Virus record (IMG/VR): IMGVR_UViG_3300042562_001598
Coordinates: 1 to 64,000 of that record
Strand: one strand, 5' to 3'
Length of the DNA stretch: 64,000 bases
Of this stretch, positions 35,838 to 45,514 are shown one piece after another. Under the pieces are notes generated by a model, which saw nothing but the letters and a program-made list of their open reading frames with translations, ran no database searches and was not told the DNA's origin. The position numbers were made by a program, and so were the translations under genes. Position 1 is the stretch's first letter. Every line of letters starts with the position of its first letter.

Positions 35838-36698
35838 ATGGCGACAACAAACAATTCATTAGATGCTGTATTAGCACAGTACGAGAAATCAAAACAAGGT
35901 GGTTCTTCAACGACAAACAAAATGTCACAAGAAGACAGAATGAAAAAATACTTTGCGGCAATTCTAACCGACAAAGAAACACAAGGACAAAGAAGAGTAA
36001 GAATCTTACCTACTACAGATGGAACTTCACCATTTAAGGAAGTATGGTATCACGAGATTCAGGTTGATGGAAAATTCCAAAAATTCTATGACCCGGGTAA
36101 AAACGATAATGAGCGTTCACCTTTGAATGAGGTTTACGAAGATTTGCGTTCAACTGGAAAAGAGTCTGACAAAAAATTAGCGTCAACTTACCAATCAAGA
36201 AAATTTTACATTGTTAAAGTTATTGACAGAGATAACGAAGCTGACGGACCTAAATTTTGGAGATTCAAGGACAATTACAAGAATGATGGTATCTTGGATA
36301 AAATCATCCCAATTTGGAGAAACAAAGGTGATATTACTGACGCTGACACAGGTCGTGATTTGATTTTAGAATTAACTAAAGCTAAAACCCCTAAAGGAGC
36401 TCTATATACAGTTATTCAAACAATTATGCACGATGACCCAGCTCCTTTGAGTGATGACAAAGAAGTTTCAGATTCTTGGGTAAACGACCCAACTACTTGG
36501 AACGATGTTTACGCTAAAAAACCTTTGGAATATTTGGAAGCGATTGCTGTTGGTGAAACACCTCGTTGGGACAGTGATAAAGGTGGTTATGTTTACGGTG
36601 ATAGTACTTCAGGTGAAGCATCTTTTGGTGGAACAACTAAAAAAGAAGTTCTTGACCCCCAATTACACGATGAACCGGCTGATGATATGCCTTTCTAA
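35838..36698 (+). CDS. ssb: Single-stranded DNA-binding protein (T4 gp32-like)
   Basis: VRILP...PFKEVWYH...RKFYIVKVIDRD...KFWRF...GRDL pattern; acidic tail ending DDMPF; located upstream of recA. Confidence 0.75.
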   Translation: MATTNNSLDAVLAQYEKSKQGGSSTTNKMSQEDRMKKYFAAILTDKETQGQRRVRILPTTDGTSPFKEVWYHEIQVDGKFQKFYDPGKNDNERSPLNEVYEDLRSTGKESDKKLASTYQSRKFYIVKVIDRDNEADGPKFWRFKDNYKNDGILDKIIPIWRNKGDITDADTGRDLILELTKAKTPKGALYTVIQTIMHDDPAPLSDDKEVSDSWVNDPTTWNDVYAKKPLEYLEAIAVGETPRWDSDKGGYVYGDSTSGEASFGGTTKKEVLDPQLHDEPADDMPF

Positions 36699-36710
36699 AA
36701 ATTAATTACT

Positions 36711-36743
36711 ACATAGACTCTGAGTTAATCTTGGGGTCTATGT
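36711..36743 (+). terminator. Long hairpin between ssb and recA (terminator or mRNA processing/stability element)
   Basis: acatagactctgag-ttaat-cttggggtctatgt, 14 bp including G-U pairs, with no clear U-tract. Confidence 0.5.
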
Positions 36744-36765
36744 ATTATAACTAAAACACTAACAA

Positions 36766-37764
36766 ATGGCGATAAAGAAAAAAACATTCTCACTGGATGA
36801 TATTAAGGGTAAATTCTCTACAAAAACTAAATATAAAGCGGAGAGTTATTATAACTGTGGTGAAGCTTTTTATGAAGCTTGTGGGATACCAGGTCCGGTA
36901 ATGGGGGGTATTAATATGATGTTGGGTCATAGTAATAGTTCAAAAACTACAGCAATGATTTTAGCTGCGGTAGATGCTCAAAAACGAGGTGACTTACCTG
37001 TGTTTATTATTACCGAAAAGAAATGGTCATGGTCTCATGCTGTTGAATTGGGTTTACAAGCAGAACAAGATGCTGATGGAAATTGGGATGGTCAATTTAT
37101 CTTTAATGATAGTTTTGATTATATTGAACAAGCAACAGACTTTATTAATTCTGTTTTGGACACACAAGAAGCGGGGGACATTCCATATAATCTTTTATTC
37201 TTATGGGATTCTGTAGGGTCTATACCATGTAAGATGACCTTTGAGGGTAAAGGTGGAAAGATGCACAACGCGTCAGCTCTTTCAGATAAGATAGGTATGG
37301 GAATCCATTCAAGAATATCAAAATCAAAAAAAGAGGACTATCCGTATTATAATACAATGGTTGTTATTAACCAACCTTGGGTAGATTTACCGGATTCGCC
37401 TTTTGGTCAACCGGAAATTAAAGCGAAAGGTGGGGAGGCGTTATGGTTAGCGTCAAGTATTGTATTCTTATTTGGTAATCAAAAGAAATCAGGTATTAAT
37501 CATATTACAGCGACTAAAAACAATAGAACAGTATCTTATGCTATTAGAACTAAAGTATCAATACTGAAAAATCATGTTAATGGAATAGCTTTTAAGGATG
37601 GTAAAATTATTGCTGTACCACAAGGCTATATTAAAGATGATAAAGTAGCGATTGATAAATACAAAAAAGAATATTCAGGATATTGGAGTAAAATCTTAGG
37701 GGGTGAAGGCGAAATCTCCTTCAAGGAAGACACATTGAGTGGTCTTGAACCGGAAGAGGATTAA
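36766..37764 (+). CDS. uvsX: RecA/UvsX-like recombinase
   Basis: Walker A-like GHSNSSKTT, Walker B LFLWDSVGS, VVINQ and KAKGGEA motifs. Confidence 0.85.
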   Translation: MAIKKKTFSLDDIKGKFSTKTKYKAESYYNCGEAFYEACGIPGPVMGGINMMLGHSNSSKTTAMILAAVDAQKRGDLPVFIITEKKWSWSHAVELGLQAEQDADGNWDGQFIFNDSFDYIEQATDFINSVLDTQEAGDIPYNLLFLWDSVGSIPCKMTFEGKGGKMHNASALSDKIGMGIHSRISKSKKEDYPYYNTMVVINQPWVDLPDSPFGQPEIKAKGGEALWLASSIVFLFGNQKKSGINHITATKNNRTVSYAIRTKVSILKNHVNGIAFKDGKIIAVPQGYIKDDKVAIDKYKKEYSGYWSKILGGEGEISFKEDTLSGLEPEED

Positions 37765-37817
37765 AAAAAAATTGATACTATTACTACTTTTTAGTATTTT
37801 TATGATATTTATATAAT

Positions 37818-37970
37818 ATGGGAAGACTTAAAATTGATGACGACAAAAAAAAAGTGAAAGTTTCTGTGGCTATTGACCCTGAACTACCACAATACTTTAA
37901 AGATAGGTCTATTAATTTATCTTCCCTTGTTAATAAATTATTAAAAGAATATATTAAAGATGGAAACTAA
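37818..37970 (+). CDS. Small ribbon-helix-helix-like protein (50 aa; absent from the ORF track)
   Basis: Hand translation MGRLKIDDDKKKVKVSVAIDPELPQYFKDRSINLSSLVNKLLKEYIKDGN. Paralogue of 3920..4075; overlaps the HNH ATG. Confidence 0.75.
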   Translation: MGRLKIDDDKKKVKVSVAIDPELPQYFKDRSINLSSLVNKLLKEYIKDGN

Positions 37971-38688
37971 AGTTTGTATTAAATGTCATTTGGATAAAGA
38001 ATTATCTAATTTTAGAAAACGTAAAGACTCTAAAGATGGTTTTAGAGGTGAATGTAAAGAATGTTCTTATTTATTTTGGAAAAATTATAGGGATAATAAT
38101 CTTGAAATTCTGAAAGAAAAGAAAAAAAAACAATACATTGATACTAAAGAAAAAACATTATTAAGGGTTAAAAAATATCGAGAAAGAAATATTACTATTA
38201 TTAGAGAAAAAGATAGAGAAAGGTCCAAAGAAACACGTAAAAAAGAACCGAATAAGTATAAAATATATTATGATAAAAATAAGGAAGATATTTTACGTTA
38301 TAAAAAAATATGGGCTGAAAAAAATAAAGAAGTTATTAAAGTTAAAAAAAATCATTATAACACTTTAAGATTAAAAAACGATTTAATTTTTCGTTTAAGA
38401 CATACTATGAGGTCTAGACTTCGTTCATTTCTTAAAACTCGTAATATTACAAAAAAAAATAAAACTTTTGATATTGTAGGTTGTTCTCCGGAATTTCTTA
38501 AAGAACATTTAGAGTCTCAATTTGTTGAAGGTATGGCCTGGGATAACAGAAAGGAATGGCATATTGACCATATCATTCCATTATCTTCAGCAAAAACAGA
38601 AGAAGACATTTACAAGTTATGTCATTACACTAATCTCCAACCATTATGGGCTGAAGATAATATAAAAAAGAGTAACAAAATATTATAG
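37960..38688 (+). CDS. HNH homing-endonuclease-like protein, paralogue of 4056..4775
   Basis: CIKC...CKEC zinc finger; WHIDHIIPL...HYTNLQPLW...N HNH core. Confidence 0.85.
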   Translation: METKVCIKCHLDKELSNFRKRKDSKDGFRGECKECSYLFWKNYRDNNLEILKEKKKKQYIDTKEKTLLRVKKYRERNITIIREKDRERSKETRKKEPNKYKIYYDKNKEDILRYKKIWAEKNKEVIKVKKNHYNTLRLKNDLIFRLRHTMRSRLRSFLKTRNITKKNKTFDIVGCSPEFLKEHLESQFVEGMAWDNRKEWHIDHIIPLSSAKTEEDIYKLCHYTNLQPLWAEDNIKKSNKIL

Positions 38689-38697
38689 TAACAATCG

Positions 38698-39735
38698 GTG
38701 AAAAATTCACCACAAAACAAAAGAAAAGTGACCAAAACACTTCTTATTGATGGTAATAATTTACTGAAGATTGGGGTTAAGGGGGTTAAAGACTTCTTCC
38801 ACAAGGGTAAACATGTTGGGGGAACTTGGCATTTTATCAACACATTACGACGATTCGTTGATGAACAAAACTTTGATAAAGTTGTTGTTATGTGGGATGG
38901 TAATGATAGTTCTTTAGCTCGTAAATTAATCTACCCCCAATACAAATCAAATCGAAACTTGGATATTAACCAAGAACAAGAAAATTCATTCACGGAACAG
39001 AAAGACCGGGTAAAACAATACCTGGAGGAAGGTTTTATTCGTCAAATAATTGTGGATAACAATGAAGCTGATGATTTGATTGCGTATTATTGTCAAATAT
39101 CTGAAGATGAACATAAGACAATATTCTCCGGTGATAAGGATTTAACTCAATTAATTTCGGATAAGGTATCACTATATTCTCCATCAACTAAGATAACTTA
39201 TAAAAATGGTGATAAGATAAAAATATACCATTATGACATTCCACATAGTAATATGATAACTTATAAGATATTGGCTGGTGATAAGTCTGATAATATTGAT
39301 GGAATCTATTACTTGGGTGAGAAAACTTTAATGAAAATATTCCCTGAATTATTTGACTCCGAGGTAAAAATTGCCGATATTCTTAAAAAGGCGGAAACCC
39401 TATTAAAGGAGGATAAAGACAACAAGGCTTTACAGAATTTATTATCGGGTAAAACAAAAAGTGGGATTTATGGTGAAGAATATTTTTTTATTAACGAAAA
39501 AATCATAAATTTGTCCAATCCAATAATAACCGATGAGGCTAAAGAATTGGTTGAGTTGTATTATAAAGAAAGTTTAGACCCGGATGGTCGGGGATATAAG
39601 AATTTTATTAAAATGATGATGGAAGACGGGTTCTTCAAGTTTTTACCGAAAGGTGATGATGCTTGGGTAAATTTTGTCAAACCATTTCTAAAATTAACCA
39701 GAAAAGAAAAGAGAAACCACAAACAAATTAAATAA
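38698..39735 (+). CDS. rnh: 5'-3' exonuclease/RNase H (T4 rnh/PolI 5'-nuclease family)
   Basis: LLIDGNN, VMWDG, YKSNR, EADDLIA, SGDKDLTQL and GDKSDNIDGI motifs. The start may be the GTG at 38728. Confidence 0.9.
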   Translation: MKNSPQNKRKVTKTLLIDGNNLLKIGVKGVKDFFHKGKHVGGTWHFINTLRRFVDEQNFDKVVVMWDGNDSSLARKLIYPQYKSNRNLDINQEQENSFTEQKDRVKQYLEEGFIRQIIVDNNEADDLIAYYCQISEDEHKTIFSGDKDLTQLISDKVSLYSPSTKITYKNGDKIKIYHYDIPHSNMITYKILAGDKSDNIDGIYYLGEKTLMKIFPELFDSEVKIADILKKAETLLKEDKDNKALQNLLSGKTKSGIYGEEYFFINEKIINLSNPIITDEAKELVELYYKESLDPDGRGYKNFIKMMMEDGFFKFLPKGDDAWVNFVKPFLKLTRKEKRNHKQIK

Positions 39736-39752
39736 TTAATAAATAAACAAAA

Positions 39753-40205
39753 ATGAAAGACCAAGAATCAGTAAAATTAGAATTTTTAATGACCGTTAAC
39801 GATAACATTATCGTACAAAGATTTTTTAATGTTAGAGACTTCAATCCGGAGGCTAAATCTTCAGTTGATTTGTATAATATTCTTTATGATTTTAAGATTG
39901 ATATTGAGGACCAATTGAAGGTTAAAACCACAAATTACATGCTTGATAATATGTATGATATTATCCATAACCCTAACATTTTGGAAACATCAGTTATTGA
40001 AGGTCCGGAGTATTTTAACATCTACATCAAACAAGGCGATGTGACAATTTGTCATAGACAGGTGGATGCGAAAATATACCCGCCTAAGATTAGATACACT
40101 GTAGATGTCCGTCCTTACTTGAAAAGTTTACTAAACTCTTTGACTGACACTTTTTCATCTCAAGAATTAAATTTTGAATATGCTGATGTTCTTTTGAAAC
40201 GATAA
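39753..40205 (+). CDS. Hypothetical protein in the replication block
   Basis: 150-aa ORF tightly packed between rnh and the helicase gene. Confidence 0.75.
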   Translation: MKDQESVKLEFLMTVNDNIIVQRFFNVRDFNPEAKSSVDLYNILYDFKIDIEDQLKVKTTNYMLDNMYDIIHNPNILETSVIEGPEYFNIYIKQGDVTICHRQVDAKIYPPKIRYTVDVRPYLKSLLNSLTDTFSSQELNFEYADVLLKR

Positions 40206-40232
40206 TATTTATCAATAACTAAAAGAAACATT

Positions 40233-41609
40233 ATGTCATCTAAAAAGAATTTTGATTATCTGGGAAGTACATTTCAGATACAGTTGTTAAACCAAATTAT
40301 TATTGATAAAGAATTCTCAAGGTCAATAATAGATGTTATTGAGGCAAACTATTTTGAGAATAAGTATTTTAAACTAATCATTCAGATGATTAAGGAGTAC
40401 TACGTCAAATATGAACACATGCCTACTTTTGACACTTTAGAACAGATTACTAAATCTGAACTACAACAAGAAATGGCAGCTAAAATTGTGATTGATACAA
40501 TCACTAAAATTAAAGAGTGCTCTGTTGAAGGCGGAGAATTTGTACAAGAAAAAGCGATGAAGTTTTGTAAACAACAAGAACTTCAAAAGGTTATGAGTAA
40601 GGCTCAAAAAATTATTGATGGTGGTGAATTTGAGAATTACGATACCGTTGAACAATTAGTTAGAACAGCGTTACAGGTTGGGGAAAGAGAAGATGGTATG
40701 TCTGATGTTTTTTACAATTTAGATGATGTTTTAAACGAAGATTATAGACATCCAATACCAATGGGTATTCCTGGTATAGATAGACTCTTAAAAGGGGGTT
40801 TAGCCAAAGGTGAAATTGGGGTTATCTTGGCGCCAACTGGTGTGGGTAAATCAACATTGTTGACTAAAATCGCTAATCATTCATTCAATTTGGGTTATAA
40901 TGTTATTCAAATATTTTTTGAGGACAATCCTAAAATTATTCAAAGAAAACACATAACATTATGGACTAAAATCCATCCTGATGATTTGACTGAAAGAAAA
41001 GAAGAAGCGATGGCTAAAGTTAGGGAAGTTGAAAGTACTATGACTAATAAGTTAATTCTTAAAAAACTTCCGTCTGATACGGTAACTATGTTACAAATAA
41101 AGAATCAGATTAGAAAGATTATTGCTGATGGTGTTAAAATTGATATGGTTTTATTGGATTATATTGATTGTGTTGTTCCGGACAGAAATTTAGGTGATGA
41201 GTGGAAGTCTGAAGGGTCAGTAATGAGAGGTTTTGAATCAATGTGTCACGAATTAGATTTAGTTGGTTGGACTGCGACACAAGGAAATAGGTCAAGTATT
41301 TCATCTGATGTTGTAACCACAGACCAAATGGGTGGGTCAATTAAGAAAGCTCAAGTGGGTCACGTTATTATTTCTGTTGCTAAATCATTACAACAAAAAG
41401 AGATGAAACTAGCTACAATGGCGATAACAAAGTCTCGTATTGGTGATGATGGTGTTGTATTTGAGAATTGTAAATTTGATAATGGAACATTAGAAATTGA
41501 TACCGAAAGTTCTGTAACATTCTTAGGTTTAGAAGAACAAACTGAAGAAAGAAATAGACAAAGAATTAAAGACTTGGTTGAAAAACGAAAATTAAACACT
41601 AAAAACTAA
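40233..41609 (+). CDS. dnaB: Replicative DnaB-like helicase (T4 gp41-like)
   Basis: Walker A APTGVGKST, LLDYID, TATQGNR and MGGSIKKAQ motifs. Confidence 0.9.
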   Translation: MSSKKNFDYLGSTFQIQLLNQIIIDKEFSRSIIDVIEANYFENKYFKLIIQMIKEYYVKYEHMPTFDTLEQITKSELQQEMAAKIVIDTITKIKECSVEGGEFVQEKAMKFCKQQELQKVMSKAQKIIDGGEFENYDTVEQLVRTALQVGEREDGMSDVFYNLDDVLNEDYRHPIPMGIPGIDRLLKGGLAKGEIGVILAPTGVGKSTLLTKIANHSFNLGYNVIQIFFEDNPKIIQRKHITLWTKIHPDDLTERKEEAMAKVREVESTMTNKLILKKLPSDTVTMLQIKNQIRKIIADGVKIDMVLLDYIDCVVPDRNLGDEWKSEGSVMRGFESMCHELDLVGWTATQGNRSSISSDVVTTDQMGGSIKKAQVGHVIISVAKSLQQKEMKLATMAITKSRIGDDGVVFENCKFDNGTLEIDTESSVTFLGLEEQTEERNRQRIKDLVEKRKLNTKN

Positions 41610-41621
41610 AATATAAGTAAA

Positions 41622-42569
41622 ATGGAAAAAATATTACAAGAGAATAAAGACCGATTTGTTATATTTCCTATTCAACATAAAGATATTTGGGAATATTATA
41701 CACAACACCAAGCTGCTTTTTGGACTGCGGAAGAAATTGATTTAACTGATGATATTAGAGATTGGGAAAATTTAACAGATAATGAAAAATATTTCATTAA
41801 AAATGTTTTATCATTCTTTGCTGCGTCAGATGGTATTGTTAATGAAAACTTGGCAGAAAACTTTTTAAAAGAAGTCCAATATCCGGAAGCAAAATTTTTT
41901 TATGGGTTTCAAATAATGATGGAAAATATACATTCTTTAACGTATTCTTTATTGATAGATACTTATATATCTAACTCGGAGGAAAAGGATGAGTGTTTCC
42001 ACGCGATTGATAGATTACCTGCTGTTCAAAAGAAAGCTGCATGGGCGTTAGATTGGATTAAAGACACTACCTTTGAAGAAAGGTTAATAGCTTTTGCTGC
42101 TGTAGAAGGTATATTCTTTTCAGGTTCGTTTTGTGCAATATTTTGGATGAAATCAAGAGGTATTATGCCTGGATTATGTTCTGCAAATAGTCTTATTTTT
42201 AAGGATGAAAACTTACATTGTGACTTTGCAATTCATTTGTTGAATAACCACATTGAGAACAAACCGACTGAAAAAAGAATTAAAGAAATTTTATTATCAG
42301 CGTTAGATATTGAAAAAGAGTTTATTACTGAATCTTTGCCCGTATCTTTAATAGGTATGAACCATAACTTGATGAAACAATATTTAGAATTTGTTACTGA
42401 CGGACTTTTAGTGAAATTCGGATGTAAAAAACAATTCAATGTTGAACAACCATTCAAATTTATGGAACAGATAGCTATTGAAACTAAAGGAAACTTTTTT
42501 GAAGGTAGAACACTTGAATATCAAAAAGCGAAATTGAATGAAACGCTATCATTTACTGACGATTTTTAA
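41622..42569 (+). CDS. nrdB: Ribonucleotide reductase class Ia beta subunit
   Basis: [20 protein letters not shown]...Y radical site, [10 protein letters not shown] and DENLH diiron motifs. Confidence 0.95.
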   Translation: MEKILQENKDRFVIFPIQHKDIWEYYTQHQAAFWTAEEIDLTDDIRDWENLTDNEKYFIKNVLSFFAASDGIVNENLAENFLKEVQYPEAKFFYGFQIMMENIHSLTYSLLIDTYISNSEEKDECFHAIDRLPAVQKKAAWALDWIKDTTFEERLIAFAAVEGIFFSGSFCAIFWMKSRGIMPGLCSANSLIFKDENLHCDFAIHLLNNHIENKPTEKRIKEILLSALDIEKEFITESLPVSLIGMNHNLMKQYLEFVTDGLLVKFGCKKQFNVEQPFKFMEQIAIETKGNFFEGRTLEYQKAKLNETLSFTDDF

Positions 42570-42590
42570 TAAAAAAATATATAAATTACT

Positions 42591-44990
42591 ATGTCATTAA
42601 AGATAAAGAAAAGAAGTGGGGATGAAGTTGCCTTTAATCCCCAAAAAATTTACGGTCGTATTAAGAAAGCCTCAAAAGGACTGAATGTTAATTCTGATGA
42701 AATATTCATCAAAGTAATTACTTCAGTTCCTACTGAAGGTAACATTACGACTAAAGAGTTGGATAAGTTAATATACGAGATTGCTGCGTCATATACTGGA
42801 AGTCATCACGATTATTCAAGGTTAGCGTCATCAGTTGCGATATCATCTTACCATAAAGACAGTTATGATAGTTTTGGTAATACTATGACAACACTACATA
42901 GTGAAGGTGTTATTCACGACAAATTAATTGAGACTATTGAAAATTATGGTTCTGAAAATATTGAAAAATTATTAAACCACAATAACGATTATAATTTTGA
43001 TTATTTTGCTTGGAAAGCATTACAAGAAATGTATTTGTTAAAGTTACCAAATGGACAAGCTATTGAAAGACCTCAACATATGTATATGAGGATAGCTCTT
43101 TGGGTTACAGATTCTTTTGAAGAAGCTACAGAGTATTATCAATCATTGTCTGAACAAAGAATCTCAAAAGCAACACCTATTATGATTAATTCTGGGACTT
43201 TAATTCCCCAATTAGCATCTTGTGTGTTACATTATAATGACGCTGATTCAAGAAAAGGGTTATTGAATACATTGAATGATATTTCAACATATTCATCTGA
43301 TGCTGCGGGTATTGGGTTATGTATGTCAAACCAAAGAAGTAAAGAAAGTCGTATTACAACATCTGGTGGTTTTGCTGGAGGTTTATTAAAATATCTGAAA
43401 ATTGTTAATGAGTCTTTAAGATTTTTTAATCAACAAGGTAGAAGACCTGGTAGTGCTGCGATTTATTTAGAACCTTGGCACAAAGATATCTATGATTTGT
43501 TAGATATTAAGAAAAACACTGGGAAAGATGAGTTAAGAGCTAGAGATTTATTCACCGCTTTATGGATTCCAGATAACTTTATGAGAGCCGTTAAAAATAA
43601 CGAGGATTGGTATTTGTTTTGTCCTAATGATATTAAGAAAGCTGGTGTTAAAGCTCTACAAGAGTGTTATGGTGATGAATACGAAACTAATTATCGTAAA
43701 GCGGTTGAATTAGGTATTGGTAAGAAAACGAAAGCGACTGAAATTTGGAATAAGATTATTGAATCTCAAGTTGAAACTGGTGTTCCGTATTTATGTTCAA
43801 AAGATAGTGCTAATAGAAAAACCAACCATCAAAACATTGGGGTAATTAAACAATCAAATTTGTGTAATGAGATTTACCAATATACCGATGAAAAAACTAC
43901 AGCAATCTGTACTTTATCATCAATGGTCTTGAAAAATTTCATTATTGACGGAAAATTTGACTTTAACTTACTATATACTGAAGTTAGAAAGGTTACCAGA
44001 ACTTTAAACAAAGTTATTAACATTAATAGTTATTCAACTTCTAAAGGGGAAAAAGGTGGTTTAGAACAAAGAGCTATTGCTATTGGTACTCAAGGATTAG
44101 CGGATGTTTTTTATATTTTAGATTATATTTTCACATCTGAAGAAGCGAGAGTATTGAATAAACAGATTTTTGAGACAATTTATTTTGCTGCGATTACGGA
44201 AAGTAATGACTTATGTAAAAATGGTAAATATGAACCATATAACTTCTTTGAAGGGTCACCAATGTCTAATGGAGTATTCCAATTTGATATGTGGGGTGTT
44301 GACCAATCTGATTTGATGTGGGATTGGAGTTCATTAAAAGAAAGTGTTAAAGAATTTGGAATTTGTAATTCTTTATTTACAGCACAAATGCCTGTTGCGT
44401 CGTCAGCTAAAATAACAGGTTCATTTGAAATGACTGAACCGGCACATTCTGCGTTATTTAACAGACGTGTTGTTGGAGGTGAGATTTTAATTGTTAACAA
44501 GTATTTGATTAATGATTTTGAGAAATTAGGTATTTGGTCTGAAGAATTGAAAAATGATATTATTGTTGATGGTGGTTCTATCCAACACATTAATTTCAAT
44601 AAATATTTAGATTCTGAAGATAAAAATTATCTTAAAAAACTTAAAAGAACTGAACATTTAATTGCGAAGTATAAAACAATTTGGGAGATATCACAAAGAG
44701 AATTAATTGATATGGCGGCTGAAAGAGCTCCGTTCATTGACCAATCACAATCAATGAACATTTATATGGCAAATCCAACCTTATCAAAAATATCTTCGTC
44801 ACATTTTCACTCTTGGGATAAAGGATTAAAAACATTATGTTATTATGTGAGAACTCAAGCCATATCAACGGGTGCTAAACATTTAGCGATTGATATGTCT
44901 AAAATGAGTAATCCTATTGAGAAACCTAATGTTACTATAAATAACAAACCACAAGAATCTGAATTTGAGTGTTTTGGTTGTTCTTCATAA
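42591..44990 (+). CDS. nrdA: Ribonucleotide reductase class Ia alpha subunit with ATP-cone
   Basis: N-terminal IKKRSG ATP-cone, QLASC, QSNLCNEI, QMPVASS, KTLCYY and C-terminal CFGC. Confidence 0.95.
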   Translation: MSLKIKKRSGDEVAFNPQKIYGRIKKASKGLNVNSDEIFIKVITSVPTEGNITTKELDKLIYEIAASYTGSHHDYSRLASSVAISSYHKDSYDSFGNTMTTLHSEGVIHDKLIETIENYGSENIEKLLNHNNDYNFDYFAWKALQEMYLLKLPNGQAIERPQHMYMRIALWVTDSFEEATEYYQSLSEQRISKATPIMINSGTLIPQLASCVLHYNDADSRKGLLNTLNDISTYSSDAAGIGLCMSNQRSKESRITTSGGFAGGLLKYLKIVNESLRFFNQQGRRPGSAAIYLEPWHKDIYDLLDIKKNTGKDELRARDLFTALWIPDNFMRAVKNNEDWYLFCPNDIKKAGVKALQECYGDEYETNYRKAVELGIGKKTKATEIWNKIIESQVETGVPYLCSKDSANRKTNHQNIGVIKQSNLCNEIYQYTDEKTTAICTLSSMVLKNFIIDGKFDFNLLYTEVRKVTRTLNKVININSYSTSKGEKGGLEQRAIAIGTQGLADVFYILDYIFTSEEARVLNKQIFETIYFAAITESNDLCKNGKYEPYNFFEGSPMSNGVFQFDMWGVDQSDLMWDWSSLKESVKEFGICNSLFTAQMPVASSAKITGSFEMTEPAHSALFNRRVVGGEILIVNKYLINDFEKLGIWSEELKNDIIVDGGSIQHINFNKYLDSEDKNYLKKLKRTEHLIAKYKTIWEISQRELIDMAAERAPFIDQSQSMNIYMANPTLSKISSSHFHSWDKGLKTLCYYVRTQAISTGAKHLAIDMSKMSNPIEKPNVTINNKPQESEFECFGCSS

Positions 44991-45000
44991 AGAAATAGAA

Positions 45001-45029
45001 AAAAATCACGACAATGTTCGTGATTTTTT
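45001..45029 (+). terminator. Intrinsic terminator after nrdA
   Basis: aaaaatcacga-caatgt-tcgtgatttttt. Confidence 0.75.
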
Positions 45030-45039
45030 CTTTATACGA

Positions 45040-45046
45040 TATTTAT
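45040..45046 (+). promoter_or_regulatory. Representative TATTTAT motif (candidate phage late promoter; about 20 copies upstream of genes in the window)
   Basis: Also at 3909, 10204, 13361, 17051, 17958, 18529, 21107, 23124, 34824, 37806, 40206, 47404, 56371 and 62874 on +, and as ATAAATA at 1039, 6362, 7491, 8397, 10209 and 13232 for - strand genes. Confidence 0.6.
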
Positions 45047-45050
45047 AATT

Positions 45051-45509
45051 ATGGCAGACGGATATACATATGGTTTAACATTTCCTTTTAGGGATTCTTT
45101 TGATGGTAAATACTTGAGTTTAACAAGTTATAGTGACGAAGAAATTAGGTCGGAATTAATACACCTTTTACTAACAAGAAAAGGTACGAGATATTATTTA
45201 CCTGATTTTGGAACTAGATTATACGAATTTATTTTTGAACCATTAGATGGTCCAACATTTTCAGATATTGATGCTGAAATACGAGATTCGGTTAATGAAT
45301 ATTTACCGGGTTTAACTATAACTAATATAAGTATTAATCCGGCATCGGAAGGTGATGAAGATAAAGGTTCTTATATTGGTGATAATAACGAAAGAATATT
45401 TAGAGTACCTGGTATGGCAGCTAAAGAACATACCGCTAAAGTTAAAATAGATTATAAAGTTACTGACGATGTATTTAGAGGTGGTGATTTTGTAATAATT
45501 AATATATAA
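45051..45509 (+). CDS. Baseplate wedge subunit (T4 gp25/P2 gpW-like)
   Basis: LLLTRKGTRYYLPDFGTRLYEFIFEP motif. Confidence 0.9.
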   Translation: MADGYTYGLTFPFRDSFDGKYLSLTSYSDEEIRSELIHLLLTRKGTRYYLPDFGTRLYEFIFEPLDGPTFSDIDAEIRDSVNEYLPGLTITNISINPASEGDEDKGSYIGDNNERIFRVPGMAAKEHTAKVKIDYKVTDDVFRGGDFVIINI

Positions 45510-45514
45510 GAAAT

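Noticed and set aside
3920-38688. Insertion sequence or transposon call for the RHH-HNH cassettes
   Set aside because: No transposase, terminal inverted repeats or target-site duplications were visible, so they are kept as homing-type cassettes.
1156-44990. Inteins or group I introns in polB, the helicases, recA or nrdA/nrdB
   Set aside because: All are continuous ORFs of normal length, with no C...HN intein ends or LAGLIDADG blocks visible.
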